The position numbers were made by a program, and so were the translations under genes. A stretch of DNA of 58,428 nt, taken from assembly GCA_016207565.1 (NCBI GenBank), contig JACQPK010000267.1, positions 1 to 58,428 on the forward strand. Reading direction: 5' to 3'. The notes beneath the pieces were generated by a model, which had not been told where the DNA came from, did no database searches, and saw only the letters and a program-made list of their open reading frames with translations. Within the stretch, counting starts at the first letter, position 1, and each line of letters starts with the position of its first letter. Below, piece after piece: positions 17,879 to 27,546 of the stretch. This stretch comes from Elusimicrobiota bacterium (GTDB lineage Bacteria; Elusimicrobiota; Elusimicrobia; UBA1565; JACRDR01).

Positions 17879-19006
17879 ATGCGCCTGCTGCTTTTCGGGG
17901 GCAGCTTCGACCCGCCCCACCGAGGCCACAAGGCCCTGCTGGAGGCCGCGCACCGAACCCTCCGCCCGGACCGAACCCTCGTCCTGCCGGCGTGGCTCTC
18001 TCCCTTCAAGTCCGGCCACGGGGCGCCGGCCCGCGACCGGCTCGCCATGGCGAGGCTCCTCGTCCGGGGCCTGGAGCGCGCCTCGGTCGACGGGTTCGAG
18101 ATCGCCCGAGGCCGCCGGACCTTCGCCTATGAGCTGCTCCGGGAGGCCCGCCGCCGCTATCGGGGAGCCGAGCTATGGTTCTTGATCGGCTCGGACTCGC
18201 TGGCGACGCTGCCGGGCTGGAAGCGTCCCGGCGAGCTCCGGCTCGGCGTCTCCTGGCTGGTCGGCCACCGGACGGGCGCGCCCGCCCGGCCCCCGGAGGG
18301 CTTTCGGGTGCGCTTCCTGGCGGGCCGGTTCCCCGACGTCAGCTCGACGGAGCTGCGCGCCCGGCTCTACGCGGGCGAGGACTGGGGCGAGCTGCTGCCG
18401 AAACGCGTCGCGCGCTACATCCGCAAGCGGCGCCTCTACGGGCTGGCGGCGCACGAGGAGCTGGCCCGCGTCCTGTCGAAGGACCGCTATGCCCACACGC
18501 TCGGCGTGGCGCGGCTGGCCGCCGAGCTCGCTCGCCGTCACGGGCACGACGCCGGCGCCGCGGCGCTCGCGGGGCTCCTCCACGACTGCGGCCGGCGATT
18601 CGACCCTGCGGGGATGGCGCGCTACGCCCGCGAGCGGAGGCTCCCGGTGCCCGAGCGCGAGCGCACGCTGCGGGAGGCGCCGCTCCTGGCGCACGCCTAC
18701 ATCGGCGCCGACCTCGCCCGGCGCCGGTTCGGCGTGACCGATCCCGCGGTGCTCGGCGCCATCGCGCACCACACGCTCGGCAAGCCCCAAATGACCGCCT
18801 TCGAGCGGCTGCTCTACGTGGCGGACCTCGCCTCCCCGGACCGCGGCTTCTCCACGGCCGACCGGATCCGGCGCGTCGCGCTGCGGGATCTCGACCGCGC
18901 GTTCGTCGAGGCGGTGCAAACGAAAGAGTACTGGACCCGAAAGCGCGGCGGCTGGCTCCATCCGATGACGAGCAGGGTCCGGCGTTGGGCCCGGACGCTG
19001 CGCTGA
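17879..19006 (+). CDS. nadD: Fusion protein: nicotinate-nucleotide adenylyltransferase (NadD) + YqeK-type HD phosphohydrolase
   Basis: N-terminal LFGGSFDPPHRGH (HxGH) and SSTELR motifs. The C-terminal half has RYAHTLGVA...LLHDCG...HH, typical of YqeK HD domains. Confidence 0.85.
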   Translation: MRLLLFGGSFDPPHRGHKALLEAAHRTLRPDRTLVLPAWLSPFKSGHGAPARDRLAMARLLVRGLERASVDGFEIARGRRTFAYELLREARRRYRGAELWFLIGSDSLATLPGWKRPGELRLGVSWLVGHRTGAPARPPEGFRVRFLAGRFPDVSSTELRARLYAGEDWGELLPKRVARYIRKRRLYGLAAHEELARVLSKDRYAHTLGVARLAAELARRHGHDAGAAALAGLLHDCGRRFDPAGMARYARERRLPVPERERTLREAPLLAHAYIGADLARRRFGVTDPAVLGAIAHHTLGKPQMTAFERLLYVADLASPDRGFSTADRIRRVALRDLDRAFVEAVQTKEYWTRKRGGWLHPMTSRVRRWARTLR

Positions 19007-19007
19007 T

Positions 19008-19862
19008 ATGCGCTCGTTGAACTCGTGGGCGCGTCCGGTCGAGCTCGCGCTCGTCGTCGTCGGGCTCTCGGTCGCCGTGGCGCTCGGCGCGCTCGAGAGG
19101 CGCTCCGGGCTCGCCGCGAGCCTGCGCGCCGGGGCTCCGGTCGTCGCCCGCCTGAGCTTCCGCGGCGAGACCCGCGGCTCGTCTTTCGTCCTCGTCTACC
19201 ATCCAAGCTCGAGAACGCTCGATATCGCCGACCTCGCAGGCAAGCCCCTGACCGCCGCCGACCCCGACGGCGTCCTCCCGCCCCCGGCGTTCGAGGCCTC
19301 GGTCGACGTCCTGGGCGAGGCGCCCGCCGACGCGCTGGCCGTCCGCCGCCTCCTGGACTCGTGGCCCCGCGGCCTGCGCTTCTGGTGGGAGGCCGCCCGG
19401 CCGTCGCGGCAGGGAGCGCTCGCGGGGACGTCCGCCTACGATCGCGCGCTCATCGCGCTCGAGGCCTATCGCCTCGCCCCGGGCTCCGTCCGGCCCGTCT
19501 GGCCTCCGGCGAGCGCCTACCGGCGGGAGCTCTGGGCGAGCCTCCTGCGCGACGCGCCGGCCTCCGCCGACCCCGCCCAGATCCGCGTCGAGGTGCTCAA
19601 CGGCTCCGGCGAGTCCGGGCTGGCCCTGAGCGCGACGAAGGCCCTGCGCTGGCATCAGGTGGACGTCATCGACTACGGAAACGCCGACGACCACGGCGAG
19701 ACCCACCTCGTCGACCGCGCGGGCCGGCCGTCGGACGCCCGGCGGGTAGCGGAGCTCCTCGGCTGCCCCGACGCGGACGTCTGGACGCAGTACGACCCCT
19801 CGGCGACGGCGCCCGTCGCCCTCGTCTTAGGCCGGGATTTTCGCCGTTGCCGACGGCTGTAA
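19008..19862 (+). CDS. LytR_C domain-containing membrane-anchored protein
   Basis: N-terminal TM segment, and C-terminal IRVEVLNGSGESGLALSATKAL...VIDYGNAD pattern. Confidence 0.6.
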   Translation: MRSLNSWARPVELALVVVGLSVAVALGALERRSGLAASLRAGAPVVARLSFRGETRGSSFVLVYHPSSRTLDIADLAGKPLTAADPDGVLPPPAFEASVDVLGEAPADALAVRRLLDSWPRGLRFWWEAARPSRQGALAGTSAYDRALIALEAYRLAPGSVRPVWPPASAYRRELWASLLRDAPASADPAQIRVEVLNGSGESGLALSATKALRWHQVDVIDYGNADDHGETHLVDRAGRPSDARRVAELLGCPDADVWTQYDPSATAPVALVLGRDFRRCRRL

Positions 19863-19875
19863 TCCCGGCTATACT
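19847..19875 (+). promoter_or_regulatory. Promoter candidate TTGCCG-17-TATACT upstream of pilT (leadered; SD GGAAGGAG)
   Basis: Hexamer spacing read directly from the sequence. The -10 ends 35 nt before ATG 19911, leaving a leader of roughly 29 nt. Confidence 0.35.
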
Positions 19876-19910
19876 CCGCTTCTGAGACAATCCGGGGAAG
19901 GAGCTACTCC

Positions 19911-21002
19911 ATGGAACTCGTCGAAATCCTAAAGACCGCAGTCGACTCGGGCGCCTCCGACATCCACATCGTCATCGGCAAGCCGCCGATGATGCGCGCG
20001 GACGGAGACATCGCCGAGATCCCCGGCTTCTCGGTGATCAACGCCGAGGAAGCCAAACGCCTGATCTACTCGATCCTGTACGAAGAGCAGCGGGCGAAGT
20101 TCGAAGAGCACTGGGAGCTCGACTGCTCGTTCGCCGTTTCGGGTTTCGCGCGATTCCGCGTCAACGTCCTCCTCCAAAAGAACGGCGTCGAGGCGGTCAT
20201 GCGCGTGATCACCTCGAAGATCCCGACGCCCGAGCAGCTCCGGCTGCCGAAGGCGGTCGTCGACTTCGCGGACCTGCCGCGAGGCCTCGTCCTCGTCACC
20301 GGCGCGACCGGCTCCGGCAAATCGACCACCCTCGCGTCGATCATGGAGCTGATCAACCAGAAGTACAAGTGCCACGTGCTCACGGTCGAGGACCCGATCG
20401 AGTTCGTCTATGAGTCGAAGTCCTGCATCTTCCGCCAGCGCGAGGTCGGCCAGAACACGAAGAGCTTCAACGACGCCCTCAAGCACGCGCTGCGGCAGGA
20501 CCCCGACGTCATCTTAGTCGGCGAGCTTCGGGACCTCGAGACGATCCAGCTCGCCCTGACCGCGGCGGAGACGGGCCACCTCTGCTTCGGCACGCTGCAC
20601 ACGCAGGACTGCCCGTCGACGATCGATCGCATCATCGACGTCTTCCCGCCGCACCAGCAGATGCAGGTGCGCGTCATGCTCTCGACCGCGCTTCAGGGCG
20701 TCGTGACCCAGCTCCTCATCCCCCGCAAGGACGGGCAGGGCCGGGTCGCCTGCCGCGAGATCATGGTGGCGACCCCGGCCATCAACAACCTGATCCGCGA
20801 AGGAAAGACGCACATGCTGTATCAGGCGATCGACACGGGAGCCAAAAACGGCATGATCTCGATGGACAAGGCGCTCGCGGAGCTGGTCCGCCAGGGGCTC
20901 ATCTCGCCCGAGGAGGCGCTCACGCGCGCGCACAGCCTCGAGTCCCTGAAGAGCCTCATCGGCTACACCGGGAGCTCGTCGAAAGCGACGCTGATGGGCT
21001 GA
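19911..21002 (+). CDS. pilT: Type IV pilus twitching motility ATPase PilT
   Basis: Walker A GATGSGKST. PilT-type GELRDLETI, HLCFGTLHT and AINNLIREGK motifs. Confidence 0.92.
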   Translation: MELVEILKTAVDSGASDIHIVIGKPPMMRADGDIAEIPGFSVINAEEAKRLIYSILYEEQRAKFEEHWELDCSFAVSGFARFRVNVLLQKNGVEAVMRVITSKIPTPEQLRLPKAVVDFADLPRGLVLVTGATGSGKSTTLASIMELINQKYKCHVLTVEDPIEFVYESKSCIFRQREVGQNTKSFNDALKHALRQDPDVILVGELRDLETIQLALTAAETGHLCFGTLHTQDCPSTIDRIIDVFPPHQQMQVRVMLSTALQGVVTQLLIPRKDGQGRVACREIMVATPAINNLIREGKTHMLYQAIDTGAKNGMISMDKALAELVRQGLISPEEALTRAHSLESLKSLIGYTGSSSKATLMG

Positions 21003-21006
21003 GGCC

Positions 21007-21912
21007 ATGGACAACGCGGCGATGCTCAAGGCCCTCCGGGGCCTGCACCTCCTCGAGCGGATCCCCGACGACCGCCTGCCGACGCTGGCGGGCTTCCTCA
21101 AGCAGAAGGCGTTCACCGACGGCACCGTCATCTTCGAGGAGGGCTCCGAAGGAGACGCGCTGCTGTTCGTCGCGAAAGGGAGCATCCGCGTCTCCAAGCG
21201 GGTGCTCGGCGAGAAGGGAGAGATCGAGCAGAAGGACCTCGCGATCCTGCCTGCCGGCGAGTGCGTCGGCGAGATGTCGCTCATGGTGCCGGGCCCCCGC
21301 TCGGCCCGGGCCACGGCGGCGGGCGACGTCGAGGTCTTCCAGCTCGAGCGGACCGACCTCCTGCGCTGGCTCGACTCGAACCCGGCGCTGGCGGTCGGGT
21401 TCTTCGCCGAGATCGTCGAGACGCTCACACGGCGCCTGCGCCGATCCTCCAACGAGCTGACGCTCCTCTTCGACCTGAGCCAATGGCTGCTGGAGCCGAT
21501 CCCTTCCGGCAAGGACCTCCTGCAGAAGGTGCTCGGGCACCTCGTGCCGCACGTCGAAGGGACCTGGAGCGGCGCCGCCTTCCTTTATAACGAGTTCAAC
21601 GAGGAGATGGAGCGCGTCGCGAACCAAGGCCAGGCCGAAGTCCCTTCGACGTGCCCGGTGTTCGGCGACCAAAAGACGATCTGGCTCGACGGCAAGAGCG
21701 TCGCCGTCGCGATCCCCGGTCCCAAGCGGCTCGACGGCTACCTCGTCCTGGTGGGCGCCCAAGAGCCCCCCCCCGAGCTCCGCAACGAGATCTCCCGCAC
21801 CCTGGCCACCTCGGCCGGGCTGATCGAGTCCGCTCTCGAGAACATCCGCTTCCGCACGGAAGACCAGCTCCGCGCCCGCCTGCAGAGCGCCCGCTCCGCC
21901 GGATCGTTCTAA
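21007..21912 (+). CDS. Cyclic nucleotide-binding domain protein with GAF-like C-terminal half
   Basis: cNMP-binding pattern ...FEEGSEGDALLFVAKGSIRV...GECVGEMSL...RSARATA. Confidence 0.75.
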   Translation: MDNAAMLKALRGLHLLERIPDDRLPTLAGFLKQKAFTDGTVIFEEGSEGDALLFVAKGSIRVSKRVLGEKGEIEQKDLAILPAGECVGEMSLMVPGPRSARATAAGDVEVFQLERTDLLRWLDSNPALAVGFFAEIVETLTRRLRRSSNELTLLFDLSQWLLEPIPSGKDLLQKVLGHLVPHVEGTWSGAAFLYNEFNEEMERVANQGQAEVPSTCPVFGDQKTIWLDGKSVAVAIPGPKRLDGYLVLVGAQEPPPELRNEISRTLATSAGLIESALENIRFRTEDQLRARLQSARSAGSF

Positions 21913-21929
21913 TTAACTAAGATAGAGGC

Positions 21930-22313
21930 GTGAGGCGAGAGTTCAACCCCTTCAAGCAGCTTGCCGTGGGCTGCGCGCGCGCCGCCTACGACAAGAAGGC
22001 CGAGGACGTCGTCCTGGTCGACGTGCGGAAGTCGAGCATCGTCGCGGACTTCATGCTGCTCGTCAGCGTGACCTCGCCGGCCCATCTCGAGGCCGTGCAG
22101 GCAGCCATCGAGGACGTCATGGAGCCCTCGGGCATCGAGCTGCGCCACCGCGACGGCTCGCATTCCGCGCTGTGGCGCGTGCTCGACTACGGCGGCCTGC
22201 TCGTGCACCTCATGCACCAGGAGGCGCGGCACTTCTACGGGCTCGACAAGCTCTATCACGACCAGCCGAAGCAGCGGTGGATGCCGGTCGCGCGAAAAGC
22301 GAAAGCCGGATGA
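21930..22313 (+). CDS. rsfS: Ribosome silencing factor RsfS
   Basis: DKKAEDVVLVDVRKSSIVADFMLLVSVTS...WRVLDYGGLLVHLMHQEARHFYGLDKLY matches the RsfS/IojAP pattern. GTG start. Confidence 0.85.
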   Translation: MRREFNPFKQLAVGCARAAYDKKAEDVVLVDVRKSSIVADFMLLVSVTSPAHLEAVQAAIEDVMEPSGIELRHRDGSHSALWRVLDYGGLLVHLMHQEARHFYGLDKLYHDQPKQRWMPVARKAKAG

Positions 22314-23953
22314 TCGTCGAAAGGATCAAGAAGGACGCCTCCAAGCGGATCGAGGATTGGGCGGCGGAGCAGGGGCTCGGGGCGCCGCCCGCGCCGAGCT
22401 TCGCCCCTCCCCCCGCTCACGTCGCGGCCGACCTCTCGGTGCCATGGCCGCTCGGCGCCGCGAAGCTGCTCAAGCGCAAGCCGCTCGAGATCGCCGGGGA
22501 GCTGTCCGGCGCTCTGGGCGGGGTGCCCGGGATCGAGAAGGCCGAGCCGGCGCCGCCGGGGTTCGTGAACCTGCGGCTTTCCCAGGACGCCTTGGTCGAG
22601 AACTTGAAGGCGATCGTAGCCGAGCCGGGCGGCTACGGCGCCGGGCTCGCCGGTCCCCCCCGCAAGATCCTGATCGAGTACGTCTCGGCGAACCCGACGG
22701 GTCCGCTCCATCTCGCCTCCGGACGCGCCGCGACGCTCGGCGACAGCCTCGTGCGCATCCTCCGCCGCCTCGGCCACACGATGTGGGCCGAGTATTACGT
22801 CAACGACGCGGGAGGCCGGGCCGAGAAGCTCGGGCTCTCGCTGAGGGCGCGCTTCGAGAACCAGCCGGTCCCCGAGGACGGCTACCACGGCGACTACCTC
22901 AAAGACATCGCCGCCCAGCTCCCCGAGGACGCCCGGACCTGGACGCCCGAGCAGTTCGGCCGGCACGCGATGAAGGTCCTCCTCGAGACGCACAAGGCCG
23001 ACATGGCCGCCTTCGGCGTGACGTTCGACCGCTGGTTCCTCGAGAGCGAGCTCTACGCCTCGAAGGCGGTCGAGCAGACGCTCGAGGTCCTGCGCGGGCG
23101 CGGCATGGTCTACGATAAGGAAGGCGCCGTCTGGCTCGGGACCCAAGCCGTCGAGGGCGCCGACGACGACAAGGACCGCGTGCTCGTCAAGAGCACCGGC
23201 GCGCCGACCTATTTCCTGCCCGACATCGCGTACCACAAGAACAAGTTCGACCGCGGCTTCACCGAGCTCATCGACATCTGGGGCGCCGACCACCACGGCT
23301 ACGTGCCCCGGATGAAGGCCGCCGTCGCCGCGCTCGGCAAGGAGGCGAAATCCTTCCACGCGATCGTGCACCAGCTGGTGCACCTCTTCCGCGGCAACGA
23401 AGCCGTGAAGATGTCCAAGCGCGCGGGCGAGTTCGTGACGCTCCGCGAGGTCGTGGAGGAGGTCGGCCGCGACGCGTGCCGCTTCTTCTTCGCGCTGCGC
23501 ACCGCGAACTCGCACATGAACTTCGACCTCGAGCTCGCGAAGAAGCAGAGCTCCGAGAACCCGGTCTACTACGTGCAGTACGTCCACGCGCGGATCTGCT
23601 CGATCTTCCGCGAGGCCGAGAAGGCCCTGGGCGCCGGCCTCGGCGAGCGCGCGAGCCTGGCGAACGCGGACGGCGCGCGGCTCTCGACGCCCGAGGAGCG
23701 GGCGCTGCTCATGAAGCTCGCGTGGTTTCCGGCGGCGCTGCAGACCTGCGAGGCGGAGCTTTCGCCGCATCCGCTCGGCAATTACCTGCTCGAGCTCGCC
23801 GGGCTGTACCACCCCTTCTACGAGAAGTGCCGCGTGCTGGAGCCGAAGGACCCCGACACGACGCTTGCCCGGCTCGCGCTCTGCGCGGGCGTGCGCGACG
23901 TCATCGCCCAGGGCCTCTCGGTGCTCGGCGTCTCCGCCCCGGAAAAGATGTAG
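22310..23953 (+). CDS. argS: Arginine--tRNA ligase
   Basis: ATGA overlap with rsfS. SANPTGPLHLASGR (HIGH-type) and a KMSKRAG (KMSK) motif. Confidence 0.92.
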   Translation: MIVERIKKDASKRIEDWAAEQGLGAPPAPSFAPPPAHVAADLSVPWPLGAAKLLKRKPLEIAGELSGALGGVPGIEKAEPAPPGFVNLRLSQDALVENLKAIVAEPGGYGAGLAGPPRKILIEYVSANPTGPLHLASGRAATLGDSLVRILRRLGHTMWAEYYVNDAGGRAEKLGLSLRARFENQPVPEDGYHGDYLKDIAAQLPEDARTWTPEQFGRHAMKVLLETHKADMAAFGVTFDRWFLESELYASKAVEQTLEVLRGRGMVYDKEGAVWLGTQAVEGADDDKDRVLVKSTGAPTYFLPDIAYHKNKFDRGFTELIDIWGADHHGYVPRMKAAVAALGKEAKSFHAIVHQLVHLFRGNEAVKMSKRAGEFVTLREVVEEVGRDACRFFFALRTANSHMNFDLELAKKQSSENPVYYVQYVHARICSIFREAEKALGAGLGERASLANADGARLSTPEERALLMKLAWFPAALQTCEAELSPHPLGNYLLELAGLYHPFYEKCRVLEPKDPDTTLARLALCAGVRDVIAQGLSVLGVSAPEKM

Positions 23954-23954
23954 C

Positions 23955-24491
23955 TCACTCGCCCAGCTTCTTATTCCCCGTCGGCGGCCCCTTCTTCGGC
24001 TTCTGCGGCGACATGCCGGGGATGGCCGCGAAGAGTCTAGGCGCGTCCAGGAAGTCGGCGGCACCACGAAAGCGCTCCAGGTAGGCGGCGAATTCGCGTT
24101 CGGTCTCGGGATAGCGCGTCAGACCGGTCCCGCTGAGGAGACTCAACTCGAGCCGGCCTCCCTCCACGCGATATTCGGCGGGCCACCAGCGACCCTCGGG
24201 AGATCCGTGGACATACCCGATCCACAATAGGTCGAACTCCTGCGCCGAGCTCCGGATGCGCGTCCGGACGGCATACAACCGTTTGGTCTGCCCGTCCTGG
24301 TACGTCGAGTCGATCTGATACGCGGACCCCTTTCGCGAGCTCACTTCGTGCCGGTCGCCATTCTCGTCCCATACGCCCACAAGGGAACCGTCGATCGGCT
24401 GCAACTGCCCAACGACGACGCTCGAGCCGCTCTTGATGCAGGCGGACGAGAGCGCGACAAGGACCAACAGCAGGGGAAGGTTTCTATTCAT
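23955..24491 (-). CDS. Lipoprotein, hypothetical
   Basis: MNRNLPLLLVLVALSSAC has a lipobox. CATCCT lies 6 nt before the ATG. Confidence 0.6.
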   Translation of the reverse strand: MNRNLPLLLVLVALSSACIKSGSSVVVGQLQPIDGSLVGVWDENGDRHEVSSRKGSAYQIDSTYQDGQTKRLYAVRTRIRSSAQEFDLLWIGYVHGSPEGRWWPAEYRVEGGRLELSLLSGTGLTRYPETEREFAAYLERFRGAADFLDAPRLFAAIPGMSPQKPKKGPPTGNKKLGE

Positions 24492-24710
24492 GCCCGCAGG
24501 ATGGCCCAATCTCCCCCGAAAGGCACACAACGTTTTCGCCAAGAAAAAGAGTTAATCCCCGCATCACGAATTCCGCCCCCCCTCCGGGCCCATAAGTTCG
24601 CTGAAAACCATCGCCCGCCGCGACCGCCAAACCTCCGGCTCCCTACTACAAGGATTAGGGCTCCTGCGTCGCGAGGCGCGATGCGCGCGGTGCGCGTGTC
24701 CACGGGGGCC

Positions 24711-26033
24711 TCAATCCGCGGAACAGAGCGGAACGTTGGAGCCGAGCATGCACACGGTGCCCTCACTGCAGGACCCTCCGATCGACTGGTTCGACCGGCA
24801 GGGCGGCGGCATCGGGCTGAACGGCGCGACGTAGTCGTGATGCAGCTTGCCGGCCGGCCCGCAGGTCAGGGCGTTGCAGTTGCGCTTGACCACATCGAGG
24901 TAACCGTCCACCTTTTTGCCCGTGGTCGCGTCGGCGAGGATGAAGTGGGCCTTGATCTTGTTGTCGCCCCACATGCCCGCCTCGTAAGGGATCGTCCCTA
25001 TCCATTTGCCGTCCTTGTATTCCCAATGGTGGTTCCCCCAGTCCGCGCCGCCGTTGCGGCGCTTGAACGGCATGATGTAGTTCGTTCCGATCGACGCGCA
25101 GTAGCCGGAGGGACTCGTCCACTCGCCGCGGCGGTGGTCGAGGACCTCGTAGCAGACCGTCGTCTTCTCGGCTGCCAAGCCCGTGATCTCGTAGCGGATG
25201 GTCCGCGGATCGTTCATGTCGAACTCCGCCCGAGCCGGGGTGATGGCCGGCTCCCCGGCGGCCGCGATAGCGGCGTGCGATCCGATCCCTCCCGCGTGGG
25301 TGGAACCGGACGCCGACTTGAGGTCGTTCGAGGCCGCGCCCGAGGAGCCCAGCAGCCCCGCGGCGGCCGTCGTCGGGCCGGGAGTCCCCGCGGTCGTGGC
25401 GGCGGGCGCGGGCGCGCCGTGCTGCGAAGTCCCGGCGGCCGCGCTGCTGAACTTCGGCGCCCGCGTGTTGAGTCGGCTCAAGCGGTTGATCTGGGTCGGG
25501 ACGGCGCGCAACACGCCGACGGAGGACATCCGCTCGAGCCGGCGCTTCCCGGCCGCCGCCTTGGCCGCCTGGGGGATGCGCGCGGTCCTCGCGGCGAGGG
25601 CCGGCATCGCGAAGAAGGCGGTGGTCGCGGCGCCGAAGCCGGACCGGGCCGAGGCGGCCGAGCCCTGGCGCGCCGCGGCGATCGGCGCCGGCGCGTCGCG
25701 CAGCGCGGCCTCGGAACCGGCGTTCAGGCCCTCGATCGGGATCGGCGGCGGCTCGCCGATGCGGCCGGCGGGAGGCAACGGCCCCGCGGGCGAGCGGAGC
25801 GGAGCGAAGCCCGGCCCTTTCGCCGCGCGCGGCGCGGCAGGCTCGCGCGTTAACGCGGGCAGGCGGTCTCCGTCGAACTCGTAGGACGACAACGACGACC
25901 CGGCCGGAGCGGGTTGCGGCCAACGCACTCGGTCGGCGAGGTCGGGCGGCGGAGCGCCGATCGAGAGGACGACCCCCAACGCCGCCGCCGCGACGGCGGC
26001 GGCGCCCGAACGCCCGACCCATTCTTGGTTCAT
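24711..26033 (-). CDS. Membrane-anchored surface protein: shared N-module + type I Cys-rich C-terminal domain (geneC)
   Basis: TM segment AAAVAAAALGVVLSIG and a low-complexity linker with GFGAATTAFFA...GKRRLERMSSVGVLRAVPT. The C-terminal domain is paralogous to that of the 28718-29821 gene. Confidence 0.65.
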   Translation of the reverse strand: MNQEWVGRSGAAAVAAAALGVVLSIGAPPPDLADRVRWPQPAPAGSSLSSYEFDGDRLPALTREPAAPRAAKGPGFAPLRSPAGPLPPAGRIGEPPPIPIEGLNAGSEAALRDAPAPIAAARQGSAASARSGFGAATTAFFAMPALAARTARIPQAAKAAAGKRRLERMSSVGVLRAVPTQINRLSRLNTRAPKFSSAAAGTSQHGAPAPAATTAGTPGPTTAAAGLLGSSGAASNDLKSASGSTHAGGIGSHAAIAAAGEPAITPARAEFDMNDPRTIRYEITGLAAEKTTVCYEVLDHRRGEWTSPSGYCASIGTNYIMPFKRRNGGADWGNHHWEYKDGKWIGTIPYEAGMWGDNKIKAHFILADATTGKKVDGYLDVVKRNCNALTCGPAGKLHHDYVAPFSPMPPPCRSNQSIGGSCSEGTVCMLGSNVPLCSAD

Positions 26034-26043
26034 ATGCCCCCCT

Positions 26044-27546
26044 TCAACGGACGCCGACGGCTTTCTGCAGGACGCCGATCCTTCGGTCCAGCTCGCGGGC
26101 GATCTCCGCGTAGAGATGGCGCGCGTTGTCGGCGAGATCGGTGCGCCCGTGCGCGATCACGGGCGTGCGGCCGGCCTCCATGCGCTCGCGCGCCTCGCGG
26201 AGGCGGCGCTTGAACTCGCCCTGGCCCTCCGGCCAGTCCGCGCGCCAAAACGCGGTGCCGCCCCCCGTGCACGTATTCGAGGTCGATTGGGGGCCTTTGT
26301 CCATCTCGGCCTGGTATCCCATATAGTCGAGCTTCTTGAGCTCGGTCCACGCGCGGGCGTCGCCCGCGTTGCACGCGCTCAAGAGTTGAAACCAGTCCTG
26401 ATAGACCGGGTTCTGGCATCCAGGCGTCACGAGCAGCACGTTCGGGTCGATGACCGTGCGGCGGCAATCGGTCCAGAGGAAGAACTCGTTGGAGCCGGCA
26501 TACGGGAGGTACTCGTAGACGCGGTCCATCGGCGTGCGCTTCCAATCGGCCAGGAACACATCCCCGGCCTCGAAGCGCGCGTTCCGCGGGAGGCGAGCCG
26601 GCTCGGCGAGCCAGTCCGTCATGCGGATTCGAGCCTCGAGGAGTTGCCGCAAGGCGATGACCGCCAACGTCTCGGTGGGGCAGTCGCCGGAGGCAGGGCA
26701 CGTCCGCTGCGGCAGGGCCGCGAGGATCCGGTAATACTCGGCGAGCAGTTGCGCGTCCGACGGGAGCGCCCCCCCGGCCGGCGTCGAGCCCCTGGGCAAG
26801 GACCCCGCGGCGCCGGCGGAAACGGCTCCGCGTCCCCGAGTGACGGTATCCGACGAGCGTGCGTCTTCGCCCGAACGGGCCGCCGAAGCGCTCGAGCGTC
26901 CGGCCGCGCTCGCATCGGAGGAGCCCGCAGCGCCCGCGCCCAAGGACTTCGCCCCGGCGCTGGACCCGGCAAGAGCGGCCGAGCGGGCCGAGACCGCCGA
27001 AAGCCCGCCCAACGCGGGGAGCAGCGTCGGCGCGGTGCGCGCGACGCCGATCGAAGCGAGGCGCTTGAGCCGCTTCTTGGCGGCGGGCCGAGCGGGCTGG
27101 ACGACGGCGGCGGCCCGGGGCGCCTCGGCGGACACGGCGAGAAACGCGGAGCTCGCGCCGCCGAATCCGGCGTGCGCGACGACGCCGCCTTGGGCGGGAA
27201 CGGCGGCCGGGACGTCGCGGAGCGACTCGTCCACGTAGGCGGCGCCGGCCTGAGGCGGCGCGCTCCGGCCGCCGGCGCGGGCGACGGACGGGAACGTGGG
27301 TGAAAACGGCGTCCCGGCGACGGAGAAGGAGCCGGGCGCGGCCGACGGCGCCGGCGCCTCTGCGATCAGCTCGGGCAGGCGGTCGAACGGCTCGGGCTCC
27401 TCCGCGGGATCGACGGCGGCTCGCGCGGGCCACAACACCGGCTCCGCGCGCTCCTCGGCGGGCCGCTCCATCGAGAGCGCGACCCACAGGGCCGAGCCTC
27501 CGAGCGCGAGTCCCCAACCGGCGAGCCAGGTCTTCGTCATGATCAT
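26044..27546 (-). CDS. Membrane-anchored surface protein: shared N-module + type II Cys-rich C-terminal domain (geneB)
   Basis: Start MIMTKTWLAGWGLALGGSALWVAL overlaps the geneA stop (ATGA). Contains GFGGASSAFLA...AKKRLKRLASIGVARTAPT, then an unrelated ~250-aa domain with 8 Cys. The rest of the 953-aa ORF is a read-through artefact. Confidence 0.65.
   Translation of the reverse strand: MIMTKTWLAGWGLALGGSALWVALSMERPAEERAEPVLWPARAAVDPAEEPEPFDRLPELIAEAPAPSAAPGSFSVAGTPFSPTFPSVARAGGRSAPPQAGAAYVDESLRDVPAAVPAQGGVVAHAGFGGASSAFLAVSAEAPRAAAVVQPARPAAKKRLKRLASIGVARTAPTLLPALGGLSAVSARSAALAGSSAGAKSLGAGAAGSSDASAAGRSSASAARSGEDARSSDTVTRGRGAVSAGAAGSLPRGSTPAGGALPSDAQLLAEYYRILAALPQRTCPASGDCPTETLAVIALRQLLEARIRMTDWLAEPARLPRNARFEAGDVFLADWKRTPMDRVYEYLPYAGSNEFFLWTDCRRTVIDPNVLLVTPGCQNPVYQDWFQLLSACNAGDARAWTELKKLDYMGYQAEMDKGPQSTSNTCTGGGTAFWRADWPEGQGEFKRRLREARERMEAGRTPVIAHGRTDLADNARHLYAEIARELDRRIGVLQKAVGVR

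Noticed and set aside
21918-21932. TAAGAT-6-GTG as a leaderless promoter for rsfS.
   Set aside because: The geometry fits, but the start codon is GTG. The gene also lies only 17 nt after the preceding gene, so read-through transcription is equally likely. Left unscored.
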